This document shows positions 23,660 to 36,105 of a stretch of 64,000 nucleotides of DNA, one piece after another. The DNA is taken from the NCBI GenBank assembly GCA_013265495.1, contig MU058198.1, positions 5,037,779 to 5,101,778 on the forward strand. The letters run 5' to 3'. The stretch comes from Vicugna vicugna. Lineage: Eukaryota. The notes below the pieces were generated by a model. It searched no databases. It was given only the letters and a program-made list of their open reading frames with translations, and was not told where the DNA came from. Both the position numbers and the translations under genes were made by a program. Each line of letters starts with the position of its first letter. The first letter of the stretch is position 1.

Positions 23660-24370
23660 TTCTTTTTAAAACATACATAGAAGTACATGAGCACATTCAC
23701 GTTATTAAATATTCAGACAATATAGGTAAACAGAAAGATCTCCTCTATCCTACTCTAAATCTACCTTTCCTTCCCAGAATTAATCTTGTCTAGGAATCTA
23801 CATACCCAGAGAGAGATAAAAATGTAAAGTTTTGTTTTGCATGTGGGTATGTGTGTTTTATTATTCGTGGGTTCTGACGTTTTTTCTTATTTGTAGTTTG
23901 GCCACAAAATCCTTTGACAACTGTCCATTTTATACCTATATGTATTCTTCATTAAAAAAAAAAACTCAGTACATTACAGAGTGATGACTTAGTTAGCCAT
24001 TCCCCATCTTATGCGTAAGTAGATGGTTTTCGTTGTTGCAACCTTGCCACCGGGAATATTCTTACACAGGTCTCTTAGTGCATATATATTCCTACAGACT
24101 AGATACTGAGAAGGGAGATGGAGGACTTGAAAAGTATACAGATAGTAACTTGCCAGCTCACCCTTTAAAACATTTATAAAATTACACTTCCATGAAACCA
24201 GAATATTTTCAATCTTTTTGATATTTGCATGTTTACTGGGAGAAGATGTCTCACGTTTTATTTCTCATGCCCCTGATCATCCCTGAGGTTGAACTTGTTT
24301 GTGTCTATTTATTGGAAATGAGTTTTTCTACTTCTGTGACTCATCTGCCCATGTTCTTTGCCCATTCTTC
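23660..24370 (-). mobile_element. Ancient L1ME-type 3' region
   Basis: ttagttagccattcccc...gtagatggttttcg...tgaggttgaacttgtttgtgtctatttattgg. Confidence 0.55.
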
Positions 24371-24599
24371 TTTTCTGTTGCAGTCAATGTCTCTTCATGT
24401 GCTTGTTTGGTTTACTTGGCTGTGAGCTCCTTCAGATGGTCATCACATCTTATTTTTCTCCATTTACCCCTTCCCGAGCACACAGCTGATGCTTAATGAA
24501 CGTGTACTTAATTGTATTATCAAAGCCATCGGCATTGCCCTCCATCACAGCTGTCATCATTGTCATCAGCCTCATCACCACCACCATTTATGTAGACTT

Positions 24600-24752
24600 A
24601 CTGAAAAAAAGACGAATCACCTGAACTGTCTTCTAAAGTTCGACCTCAGACCAACTGGTTCAGAATCTCTGGAAACAGGTCTGAGGAAGTGGCATTAAAA
24701 AAAAAAAAATCCACAAATGATTCTGATGCCCAGAAATGATTGAAAACCATTG
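24600..24752. mobile_element. MER5 (hAT-Charlie)
   Basis: gaatcacctg...tcagaatctctgg...tgattctgatgc...tgaaaaccattg. Confidence 0.7.
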
Positions 24753-24759
24753 GTCTACC

Positions 24760-24950
24760 GTGGAAGTGAGCCAGCTTCATCTGTAAAGGGTCAGATAGTA
24801 AATATTTTTGATTTTGTAAGCCCTGTCGTCTCCCTGGCAATTACTCAAAAACAAACATGAAGGAACATGACTGTGCTCCAGTTAAAACCTTATTTACAAC
24901 GGCATGTGGCAGGCAAATTTGGTTAACAGGCAGTAGTTTTCTGACCCCTG
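24760..24950 (+). mobile_element. MER58A (hAT-Charlie)
   Basis: tctgtaaagggtcagatagtaaatatttt...tgtgctccagttaaaaccttatttacaa...gtagttttctgacccctg. Confidence 0.85.
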
Positions 24951-25524
24951 GTCTATATCATAATAATGTCAAAGATCCTGGACTTGAACATCGCCCTGCT
25001 CAGACCACAACCTCTGATTGCGCTGATGACCGTGGTAATTCTCAAAGGCAGTGGCGTGAGAATTCTTGCCCCACCTCTGGTGATTATGCTCCGGTACGTT
25101 GGGGCTTTCATCCAGGGGGTCTGCATTTCAGCAAGCAACACAGATGATTGGGTGGAAGTAGACTTTGTGGATCCCTACTGCAGGACTCACACATCTACTG
25201 ATGCACGATGTTCCTGGCAAGTAGCGAAAGCTTGGCTGGAGAAACAGAACTGGCTCTGATTCAAAAATTCTTTAAGATCATGGATAGACATTCTGTGTGT
25301 CCCCGCCTGCCTTCTGTTCCAGCATCCTGCCTCCAAGGTTCTGGAACCTTTGACGCCCCAGCATCAAACCCTCTCCAGTCTGAACTGTTGGCAGAGAAGG
25401 AAGCCATCCTTCGTCTTCCACTCTGAGATTAGTAGAAGACCGAAGTCCTCTTATATTTCAAAACATTGAAGAAGAAAGTGACTGTTTAACCACCTACATG
25501 ATAAAACTGAGGCTGGCATTTATC

Positions 25525-25565
25525 TGTGTGAGTGTGTGTGTGTGTGTGTCTGTGTGTGTGTGTGT
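25525..25565 (+). repeat. Interrupted (TG)n microsatellite
   Basis: read directly. Confidence 0.9.
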
Positions 25566-25977
25566 TTTAATAGTTTAGTGGTTAAAAAATGGAGCCTCCC
25601 ATTCTCCCGCCATCAGCTTTAAAACTATGTGCTGGGTGAATGCAATCATTTCTGTTTCCCGACCTCTTTAACATCCATTATTTCTCTGTTGTCCGCATCT
25701 AATAGTCTCAATCCTTTCAGTTGTTGATGGCTTGGCGATTACCCAGGCTACTGCTTTAGGATTACATCCAAATGCATCTGAACAGATGAATTTACTTACT
25801 GCTTCCCTCCTGAAAGCTTTTTTAGCATGATCCAGCTGGGATGGTTTCATTGGGAGACCCATTATTTGTGGCTCTCTTTTTGGGGAGGGGACGTGAAAAC
25901 AAATTTCCCAAAAGATGAAAGCGAGCGCTGTTCGCTGGAGATCTGCAATATTACTTTTTTCTGCTCTCTCCTTTTTC

Positions 25978-26057
25978 ACATTCCATTTTCACAGTTTTCC
26001 TCAGGAATGACTCCTCTCCGGGGAAATAGGAATGTTCTAAATTGCACAATTGAGTCA
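25978..26057. promoter_or_regulatory. Candidate enhancer core: 3 TEAD + C/EBP + AP-1 motifs
   Basis: ACATTCCA 25978, AGGAATG 26003, AGGAATGT 26028, ATTGCACAAT 26041, TGAGTCA 26051, all in repeat-free DNA. Confidence 0.45.
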
Positions 26058-26589
26058 AATCAGTATTTAGAGTGGTTTGGACTTTTAAGCCTTTTGCTGG
26101 ATTTTGGCAGTATCATTTTCTACCGTAAGCCACCCCCCACCTTTCCCAGGTAACCTATAATATTAATATTGAACAGTATTCACAGCTTTCTAACACTCTC
26201 CAATTTCACTTCACTATCACCTAAGCAAATAGTGCCAAAGACTTAAAAATATACAATTCTTCTTCTAAGGCATGTGCACTTTTATGTTAAAATGGTATTG
26301 CCGTGTGTTCCTCATCTCTATACGCATGTCTATGTATGTGTGTAGTAGCTTTCAACACTGTAATTAGACACAGAAACCACACCGTGCAGACATGATGCCC
26401 ACAAAGGTTTGTAGAACAGCCGTGACAAATACATAATAACACTAAAACCCTTTGGTGCTAGCAGGGCAAACTCTTGAATAGACAAGGAAGGGTTCAAATA
26501 GAAATTATGTAGAAGACTCTGGACTAGTTCCTGCAGGAAGATTGCGCAGAGGATGCTATCTGGAATGCGTCTCCGGTGGAGTGTATTTG

Positions 26590-26790
26590 AGAGGCAGTGT
26601 GTGATACTGGAAGGCTGATACTTCGAGGAGTCCAGTCCTTGGTTTGAAATCCCAGCCAAGGTGCTGTGTGATCTTGGGCCAGTTGCTTTGCCTCTCTGAT
26701 GCTTGGTTCCTTTGTTCTGTGAGGCAGATAGAAGTAGAATATTTATCTCATGGGCTGTTGTGAGGATTAAGTGAAGTAACAAGAGGCCAA
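26590..26790 (+). mobile_element. MIR
   Basis: gctgtgtgatcttgggccagtt...atctcatgggctgttgtgaggattaagtga. Confidence 0.8.
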
Positions 26791-26899
26791 GCAACAGAGA
26801 CAGGTTCCTCACCTGAGGATTGGGACCACAGTGTGGTGATGAAAGCGAATGGAGACAGTAATCATTACAGCAGAACCCCTGGGAATACACACACAGCAA

Positions 26900-27220
26900 C
26901 TATGAGTCTCTTTTATGAACTGTCTCGGTTAATAGCACCCACAGGTACCCAACTATGCCAGTAAAAAAAAAAAAGTTTGGAGCCACACTTGAATGGTTTC
27001 TTTCTCTTCTTACCCCTCCCCTTCTTCTTGTACTCCCATCCCCTGTGGTCACTTGGTCTCCAGATTGTGCCATTTGACCTCCTAAATAATTTTCAAATTC
27101 TCCCTCTTCGTCTTCATCCTCCCTGTCACTGCCTCAGTCTGGGTCCTTGTTATCTCTAGCTGGGATTAATGCAAGGACCTCTTAACCAGTCTCACCACCT
27201 TCAGCTTGATGCCTCCATGA
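26900..27220 (+). mobile_element. L2 fragment
   Basis: acctcctaaataattttcaaattctccct...atctctagctgggattaatgcaaggacctcttaaccagtctc. Confidence 0.65.
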
Positions 27221-27227
27221 CCCACTA

Positions 27228-27362
27228 TTAGCCCCATTTTACAGATTAGGAAATTGAGACAGAGAAATTCGATAAATAGCCCCAAATCACACAGCTAGTC
27301 AGTGGTGCGACAAAGATTCCAACCCAAGCCTCCCGGGTCCAAGATCTCTGCTCTTCCCTACC
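27228..27362 (-). mobile_element. MIR
   Basis: ccccattttacagattaggaaattgagacagaga...cccaaatcacacagctagt. Confidence 0.85.
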
Positions 27363-28699
27363 TTGGAGCTCTTAGGTGCAGTGCCTCATTTCGATGAGGA
27401 AACTGGACAGTGTCTCCTACATCTCTTAATGTACCTCGAGTGAGTCCTGGTTTTCCCTCACCAGATATTTCGGAAGAGCTGCTCCAATTGTTATATTGAC
27501 TCGGGAGGCGCTCCCAGGAGCAACCAAGCCATTTCACAGGAAGAGAGCAGGAGGAGGAGGAAAGGCAGAAATCTCCAAATGAGTTCTGGTGCGAGACTTG
27601 TCTGGTGGTGCATCATGACATGCTGTCCAGAGACAGATCTGGACCACGTACAAAAAAGGAAGGCTGGACTAGAGATGGAGAAAGTCGAGACTCAGTTCCA
27701 TTTCTCTGTTCCAGGATCTGGTCTAGTGGGTGGGGTCTGGCATGGAGAATATCCAAGTTGGGATGATGTTTGGATTCTGGTGGTGTCAGTGGCTGCTGGT
27801 TTGGACCAAGATCCCAGGTCGACGTGATGCTGTAGTACTGTAGGGGGACTCATCATCCATGTCCCAGGGGAGCTACATCCAGCCAGACGAAAGCAGGGGC
27901 TCAGGGCTTTCCCATGCCCTGCGGTTACCATCACCAGAGTGTCAGGAAAAGGAAACTGAGGCACTTAAGTTCCGGGACAGGATTGCTGGCTGACCAGTCA
28001 GTCTGTGGATCTCAGTGCCCTCCTACAAGGCTGACAGTGGTCTCCGCAACCATGATTTTGCAAAAGACACTGACAGCCTATGTGAATGTGTAATTTGTAT
28101 ATCAAGCTGTTCTAAAGGCTGTGGGTGTAACGTTGAGGGCACATCTGTGAAAGCCTGACATATTACGATCCTGGCATTTGCTTGCTCAGGGTCTGCTGTG
28201 GCATTTCTCAGCCGTGTCTGTGAGATGTCAGTAGCTGTTATAGGAGATGAAAAAGATGGGAGCTTGGCATCGCATGGTCAAAAGCCTCAGCAAGAAATGA
28301 CCTCTACCCTTTCTGAATTTGAAAATGTGGCATAATATCACCCTCTCTTCAAAATTCATAATGCATCTCAGCATTCAAGTTATGTCGTAAAGAATTTGGG
28401 TTTTGTTTGGTTTAACGTATTCTTGTCCCAATTTCTTTGACCAGAGAACTGTTTTTACCCAGGAAAGTCTCATTGCCTGGCAGGCAGTATCCCCCCAGGA
28501 TTCAGCTTGGGAAATACTGATTTCGTCGAGCACAGGCCTAGAACTTGTAGGATGCATGGGAAGATAAAAAATGTACACTGCTCTTCCTAGCGGATTTCAC
28601 CTCACAGCCAGGATTCTCCCACGCTAGACCGTGACCTCTGCTAATGCAGGTTTTGTGTCTAACTCCTCAACCGCTGAGTCTTCCTAAACCTGTGGATGT

Positions 28700-29200
28700 C
28701 GGTTTTATGTGTTCTGGCCTTTTCTTTAGGAACAGGTAACTTCAGTGAATTTTCCATCTCTCTCAACATTTTCATCTTTTTTTTTTTTTTGCTGTTTCTA
28801 TGCACTTCGATAACATCCCAATTTTCCTCTCACTTTAACGATTATATTTTTGTCCATTCGTTCCCTTACCATGCCAGATGCATATTTTAATTCTCTTGTT
28901 TTATTCTTGTTTTCCAAACACTCTGACTTATCTGCAATAGCTCTTTCCACTTCAGCCAGGTGTTTTAGCATTCCTGTTATTTCATTGAGTTTATGTTTTT
29001 GAAACTTTATGGAGACCATAGGACATTTTTGCTTTCAGAACTCTTCTTTGGTTGCCTGGGGTATATCTTCTTCATGGGGGTATTCGTCCTGTGCTGCATC
29101 CTTGTTTCTTGTCACACAGGTTTTGGTTGCACTTGGAAGATGGTTTCTCTTGAAAGGACAAGAAGAGTTCTTCTTCAGGCCTGTCGCTTGTCCATGTGAG
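28700..29200 (-). mobile_element. Ancient L1 5'/ORF1-region fragment
   Basis: T-rich antisense L1-like composition (ttgagtttatgttttt, ttttgctttcagaactcttc); weak. Confidence 0.35.
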
Positions 29201-29439
29201 GCTCATTTTTTTTCCCATATGATACTTCTGGTTGCTGTTAGACCATCTCTTCCATCAGTGATAGTCACCACCCTGAACTGAATTTCTGACATCCTGAAAG
29301 TCTTTTAACCAGCGTGGTTCTTTGAGATTCAGGAGGAGTTTTCTCTCTCTGCTTTATGCAGAGAAATTTGTGTATGTGCATGCACGTACATGTATATATG
29401 TATGTGTGTGTGTATATATACATACACATGCTATAGTTT

Positions 29440-29675
29440 ATTAAGCAAACATTAAACAATGCTTACTGGGGTACTGGGCACTATTCTGAAGCCCTTTATG
29501 TTTATTTGATCTGCATAATAACCCTGTGAGGTTGATATTCTTAGCAGTCCCACTTGACAGATGAGAAAACTGAGTCAGTAGAATTTATCCAACCTCATAC
29601 AGCAATTAAGTATTTGAACCAAAAATCAAACCTGAGCAAATGGGTTCTGGAGTGTGTACTCTTAACTACTATGAT
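29440..29675 (-). mobile_element. MIR
   Basis: ataaccctgtgaggttgatatt...gacagatgagaaaactgag...actcttaactactatg. Confidence 0.85.
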
Positions 29676-30189
29676 AAGCTTCCTTTTCATTCCTTTCTAG
29701 ATAAAAAAAAAAAAAGTGGAAAACCACAGCTGCCTTGGTTTTCTTGTTTCTTCCCAATTTCCTTTCCTTTCGCCTTTAAGAGAAGTGGCCTGATAGCTGT
29801 GTTCCACCACGGGGGACCATAGTCCTGAATGAGTACAGAAAGGGATGCACTGATCAGAGGAGCAGAAAGAAAACGTGTGCATGGCACCTCCTGAAACAGC
29901 TCCCGTGCAGTGCGGGGGGCTCCCCTGCCTCTGGCTGGCGCCGCGCACGGGGCTCTCAGCCTCTGGGGCTGAGAAGTTGTAGCAGGCGAGCCTGGCCGTG
30001 TTTTTCTGCATACGGACCCTTCTTTTCCTTGATTAGAGGAAATCCCTCCAAGGCCCCAGAGATTGTGATCAATAATTCTCGTCCCCAGGACTGCAGCAGC
30101 TCTGCTGGGTGTGCGCGTTGTCATGACTCAGTGAGAGGTTGGTGGAGAGTGAATCCAGCCATTTGCCAGCTGGTCTCTTGCCCTGGAAG

Positions 30190-30370
30190 TCCCTGTTATC
30201 TAGTTTAATCCTTAAAAGCACTTTGCAGCGTGCTGTTACTAACCCTGCTTTACAGGTGAGAAAGGGAAAGCTCAGAGTGCCTCCGAAGTCACTGAAGGTC
30301 ACACAGCCAACAAACGACACAGGCAGAACCCAAGCCCGGAATCTTGTCTCCAGAGCCCTTGTTTTCTCAG
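30190..30370 (-). mobile_element. MIR
   Basis: tttacaggtgagaaa...aaggtcacacagc...ctccagagcccttg. Confidence 0.75.
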
Positions 30371-30863
30371 CCATTCCTCTCTTTCTCCTGTCCCCCATCA
30401 GTATTGCCTTTTACTTAATCTAGTCTTATTGAAGATGCATTTCCTGAGCTCCTATTATGTATGAAAGACCTGAGCTTATTTGCAGTAACATATGTAAGAC
30501 AGAGAAAAACCAATCAATCGATTGATCAATCAATCAATCAATCAATAGTGAGGGAGGGGGAAAAAAAGACAGACCTGAGCTTTGCTCTCAGGAAGTTCCT
30601 GATGGGAAGAGAAAGGTAGAAGGTGGTGGTTCTATCACGGACAATGAGCAGCATGAACAGAAGCCTGCAGGATTTGGGCAAAAGCAGAAATTACAGGTGT
30701 GTGGACCGTTGGGGAAAAAAACCTCATGAAGGAGGAAACATTCAAAGTGGGGCTTGCAAAGGGGCGTGGCTTCTGATTCAACCAGGTGTGACGTCATGGC
30801 CTAGACAGAGGCTGGGCATTGGGGAATGCATGAACGTTGGGGACACCTTCTATTTTGACTTCA

Positions 30864-31228
30864 GTGTTAGTTTGCCAGGATAGCAATAGCAAAGTACCAG
30901 GGACTGGACAGCTGAAAAGAAACGAATGCATTTTCTCAGCATCCTGGAAGCTGGAAGTCTGAGATCAGGTGTCCAAGGGACAGGGTTCTCCTGAGGCCTC
31001 TCTCCTTGGTTTGCAGATGGCTGTCCTCTCCCTGTGTCCCCACATGGTCCTTCCTCTGTGTTTTCATCCCTCTTATGAGGACACCAGTCCTGTTGGATTA
31101 GGGCCCACCCTCATGATCTCATTTTAACTTAATCACCTCTTTAAAATCCTTGTCTCCCAACAGAATCACTTTCTGAGGTTAGGATTTCCATATGTGAATT
31201 TTGGAGGGGCGCCATTCAGCCCATAATG
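30864..31228 (-). mobile_element. MLT1B-like solo LTR
   Basis: ctggaagctggaagtctgagatc...tgaggcctctctccttggtttgcagatgg...ggattagggcccaccctcatgatctcattttaacttaat. Confidence 0.9.
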
Positions 31229-31959
31229 AACTGGAACCGATGGTATGTCCAAGTGGCAGCATGAAAAAGGCTTTGGATAAAGACCCGATCATGTGGCACA
31301 AGGCTTGGAACAGCACTTGGAGAGACTGGGCCCTGATCTTTCCTCTAGGTAACCTTTTCCCTCTATGGGACCCACACCACTGATTGTATGTAAACACACA
31401 GAGACACATGTGACTGTGTGTGACAAGGTTTTAAGTGGTCCTAGGATGCGATATTCAACCACTGAATCCCACAGCAAGGGAATCATTCCCTTTTCATTTT
31501 TCCTTCACTTTTCCAGGAAGACTGTCTCAGTTGGCACTAAGATGCCTTTCACACCTCTCTGACATTTGCTAAGATCCCCTGTTGAACAAAGAGGAAGACG
31601 AGGAGCCTTGGAAGAGGATGGAATCTAGCTAGATTTGGAGCATCCTCTCCTCATCTGGTTTAATTTTTATGCTTGCCTTTCATTTGTGACAGATGGTTCT
31701 GGGCATCCACTTGCAATAACCATCTAAAACTTTTCCTTTATTACCTAAAGGTAGTTAATTTTTTTTTTGTAAGTGGCTTCATTTAAAGAAAATATTGGAA
31801 AAATGATAGAGTAGTTCTTATAAGCCATGGCCAAAGAGATGAAGGTGGAATGCCAAAGCCTGAATCCAGGAGATACTGTTGTGGGATGAGGCCAGGGAAA
31901 AGAGGAAGGAAAAGGGTGACAATTATTGGGAAAATCATCTAGGGAAGGATGTAGCTGTG

Positions 31960-32080
31960 CATGAGTGTGTGTGTGTCGGTGGTGGGGACACATGTATGTG
32001 CCTGTGTGTGTGTGTGCCTGAGCATGTGTCTGTGTGAGGGGAGGGACCTGCGTGCTTGTGTGCATATGTGTGTGTGTGTG
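31960..32080 (+). repeat. Degenerate TG-rich simple repeat
   Basis: read directly. Confidence 0.85.
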
Positions 32081-33519
32081 TTCTCATACCTTGGAATCAC
32101 CCCATCAACCCAGATGACTAGGAAGACGGCTCTGCCTGTTTTCTGTCTATAAACAGAGCCAAATACCGCTGCGTGCTCTGAAGTACGTAATGATGTGAAT
32201 TCTCCTGGTTTTTCTGGAAACAGATAGTTACCAACAAAGAGTTACTGAGTTCATTCCATGTGCCAGGTGGCGTGCAAAGCGCTGGATCTACACCAGCGAT
32301 TAAGACACACAGGCTCCCGGCTGAGACGTCAGGGGATTTCCCCACAGCTGTGACCCCCAAAGGCACCTCTTTCCGACAAGGCACCCTTGGCCAAGGGACA
32401 CGAGCTCTTTGAGCCTTTGAGCGTTGAGTGGGCTGAGACCTGCCCCACCTGCCAGCCCTGGTGAGGGGTGAGCTGAGATGTCTGAACGCAACCTGCAAAT
32501 TGTGGGGAGGCACGTGGTCAGCGTTCTTAGCGCGAGCCTTACAGTCAGGGCTCCCAAAGTGCCTTTCCGAGAGTCCTTGCCTCGACAGCCCTCACTCAGA
32601 AGCCTGCAAAAGGCACGGCCCCTCAGAAGACCTAATTGCCTAACTTGGGCAATTTACTTGGAAATGTTAAAAAAAAAAAAAAAAAAAGAAAGAAAGAAAG
32701 AAAGGAAAGGAAAAAAAACCCCTCTCTGCAGCAGGGAGCTGGGATGGAGGGGACCACGCAGTCTGGAGGTCAAGGATCTCCTTCTGGGAGCAGTGAGTTT
32801 TAAGGAGGCCAGCCTCCGCGGCGCGTTCCTCTAGAGAGGCACTGTGGATTAATACAATGCAGCCCCTGAATTTTAATAACGGGCCCAACAAATGTGCAGA
32901 GCTCCGGGGAGAATAATTGAAAGGAAGTCAGACCGGGTTCGTGGGAGCCCACTCGCAAGCTCCCTCCCAGTGGGGGCGCGGGTGGGAGAAAACTTCAGGT
33001 TAACAAGATAATGACACCTGCCTACTGTACCTTTAATTGCCTTGCAAACTGCAAGCAGAGACTGACAAGTGCAGATCTCCGAAGCTCCCTCCGCACAGAT
33101 AACACAGCTGTCTTCCCACAGGCTTTCCTGACAAGGATGAGCGTTATTCCGGGAAACCCAGCTTCGCAGGGCAAGTAAATCCAATTGTCTTTTCTCCCGG
33201 GGTGTCTGTTTTAATTCATAACAAACCCTGTGAGGTCGATATTCTTCTGTTTGTTTACCTAGGTGGACACTGAGGCTTACAGGTGTAAAAGGATACGTCC
33301 AGGGTCACCCAGATTGGAGTAGAACAGATGTGAGCAGAACGCAGGTCTGTGCGACCAGAAACTCCCTCGGGGACCCCACACAGCGCTGGGGCTCCTGACT
33401 CAGTCTCCTCCTCCCTCTCGTTCTCTGGTCTCTTTTTCTTACCACCCATCCCTTTCTATTTTCCATTTTCCCTTCCTCCCTCTCCTCCTGCTCTCCATCC
33501 ATCCTTCTTTGCTTTCTTC

Positions 33520-34380
33520 TCTTTCTCTTTCTTTCAGCAAATTTAAACGTGATTCCCATCGATGCTGGTCTAAGCACTGCAGATACAGAAATGGGCAAGA
33601 TGCACCATGTCTGGGCTTCCATGAGTTTGCATGGTCAGTGGGGGAGATGGATGAGACAGAAACAAAAAGAATATCAAGTAAGGAAGCGTGTAAAACAAGT
33701 TCAGAGACGGGTCGGGGTGATGGGGAGGGATGGCGAGGCAGTGCTGTCAAAGTGGGGGCCGTAGAAGGCCTCCCTGTGAAGGCAACAGCTGCTCTGAGAT
33801 CTGAATGGGGTAAAGGAGTAAACTCTGTGAAGTCTGCCCCCTGTGAGAACTTCAGGTGGAGGAAGTAGCAAGTGCAAAGGGGTCTGGGTTACTCTCCTGG
33901 CCTTTGCAACAACAACAACAAAAAAACACAGACAGGGTGGCTAACAGACATTTATTCTCACAGCTAAAGAAGCTGGAAGTCCCTGATCAAGGCATTGACC
34001 AGTATGGTTCCTGGTGAGGACTCTCTTCTAGGCTTACAGATGGCTGCCTTCTCACTGAGAAGAGAAAGCTCTGTGTCTCCTTCCCTTCTTCAAAGGGCAT
34101 GAATCCCATCAAGGGGGCTCCACCCTCATGATTTCATCTAAACCTGATTACCTCCCAAAGACTCCATCTCCAGATACCATCACACGAGAGGTTAGGGCTT
34201 CAGCACGTGAATTTGGGGGGAACTCAATCATTGAGTCGTAACAGTGCCAAGTGGGAACAAGTTTGCTGTGTGTAAGGGACGGTGAGAAGGTCTGTGGGCC
34301 TGGGTCTGAGTGAGCAGCAGGGAGACTGGGAGATGATGAGTTCAGAGAGGAGACAACTGGGAGCCGATCATGTACAACTC
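33520..34380 (-). mobile_element. L2, interrupted by MLT1A
   Basis: gaaggcctccctgtgaagg...gcaagtgcaaagg before the LTR; gtgggaacaagtttgctgtgtg...gagtgagcag after. Confidence 0.7.
33885..34243 (-). mobile_element. MLT1A-like solo LTR
   Basis: cagacatttattctcacag...ctggtgaggactctctt...gggctccaccctcatgatttcatctaaacctgattacctcccaaag. Confidence 0.9.
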
Positions 34381-34584
34381 TGTTGGCCGGGGCAGAGAGA
34401 CCCTCCATGTGTTGACAAGGAGCTGTTAGCAGATAGGACCAGACACTCGGATACCCTGCTGTCTGCTCCTCCTCCTTCCTGTTGCCTTGAACTGGCCCAC
34501 AGTTGCATCCCCTTTCCAGATGTTGCAAAAGTTTTCTGTCTGTCTTACCTAATGCTTTTTTTGCAAGGAAGGAGCATCATTTGA

Positions 34585-34800
34585 AAGTCAGGAGACTGGA
34601 TTTTTTTTAAAAAAATCTAAGATCCAGAATTATGGCTTATTCTGAAAAACCTCAAAATATGTGCAAATGCTGGCACTCTGTTCCTCCAGGGTGACAGTCA
34701 GCTGAGGTGCATGGCCGCAGACCATGCAGACCACGTGGCTTGTGCTTTGCCCTGGTCCCCACCACTCCTAAGGCTTCCTGGACCCTGAAGCCAGAATACA
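34585..34800 (-). mobile_element. MER102-like fragment
   Basis: atccagaattatggcttattctgaaaaa...ctttgccctggtccccaccactcc. Confidence 0.55.
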
Positions 34801-35734
34801 TTTCTGTGTTCTTCTTTGTACTCTGTGCTGCTTTGCCTCCATGTGGGGACCTTTATCTCTGCAGATGATTTCTGATTTGAGATGGGAACTTCTGATTTAC
34901 TAAAAATATGCCTTGTCTAGCTTCTTCAACTCTTTTCATCATACGTAGCATATGTTGTTCGTTGCCTTCAGATGATCCCATGAGGCTTATTGGAAAAAGT
35001 GAAACAGACCACAAGACTGGACACCTGGGCTCAGGTCTTAGGCCACTGGTTTGCTGTGTTACCTTGGGCAAGACCTTTTCCCTCTCTGGGCTTCAGTAAA
35101 AGATGCTCTCTAGGCACCTTTCCAGCTCTGCCATCTATATTAGACACATCCCTCAAAAACCCGCTTTCCCACATAAATTGATGGCCATGTTATCTTCCTA
35201 TAATGGTCAATGAGAGCAGGTGGAAACTTGAGATTTCCTATTTACGAAGTTGAAGTGAGAGGAGTCATTTCAAATGCTCATCTCAGCACTCAGACAGCTA
35301 ATTAATGTTAACACTTCTTGCTATTATTATCCAGCATGAACCTCCCAAGTCATAGAAATACCGTGGAGAAGAAAATAAACGTATCTGGTTCCAGAAGATT
35401 TAAACACTAGGGTCTTAGGAGAGAAGCAGAATTTACAATGATGTAAAAGGAACACGGGTTATTTTTTCTCAGGAAGACCAAAATTAGGACTTCAGGAAGT
35501 CTGATTCTAATCAACCCAAGACAAGATCATGATTCTAGGTTTGGGACTACCTGTGCACCATCAGGGTCAAGTATAGACCTGTGTGGACCCGAGTTACTTG
35601 CCTGGAGACTTGAAAATCAAAATCTTACATATATATGTGATTTTTTCCCCCAATATAGTCCTCTCTTTCTTAATTTTCATAATAATAATAATTATTATTA
35701 GCACTTAATATGGATGTTTCCACAAGGGTAGCAA

Positions 35735-36105
35735 TATAGGTTAGGCGCTGTTGCAGTTATAATGACAACAAAAATCTCAACAATTAGAAGTGTTTATTCC
35801 TCATTCGGAAGACATCTACCGTGCGTCAGCAGTGGTGCACCGCCCAGCATGGGGTTCAGGGATGGTAGTGGATGGAGGCGCCTTTGAAACACAGACTTCT
35901 GCTGCTACCACAAAGGCAGGTGAAGGCGAGCCAGGCAGGAGATGCTCTGAATCTTAACAGGACACACATCACTTCTTCCCACATTTGATTGGTCAAAGCA
36001 CATCATACAGCCAGAGTCTGAGTGTAAGCAGGTGAAGACACATGGTCCTACCACGTGCCGAGGGCGAGAGAAGCAAATATTTGTGAAGATTCTACCTTTG
36101 ACCAC
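35735..36105 (-). mobile_element. MLT1I/J-like LTR
   Basis: gacacacatcacttcttcccacatttgattggtcaaagcacatcat. Confidence 0.65.

Noticed and set aside
24489..24698. His-rich ORF (HHSCHHCHQPHHHHH)
   Set aside because: Produced by a CAT/CAC low-complexity tract running into a MER5
26330..26899. 189-aa minus-strand ORF
   Set aside because: Runs through a MIR; no homology recognised
29920..29945. Possible CTCF site (also ~32965, ~36390)
   Set aside because: Three or more mismatches to the CCASYAGRKGGCRS core
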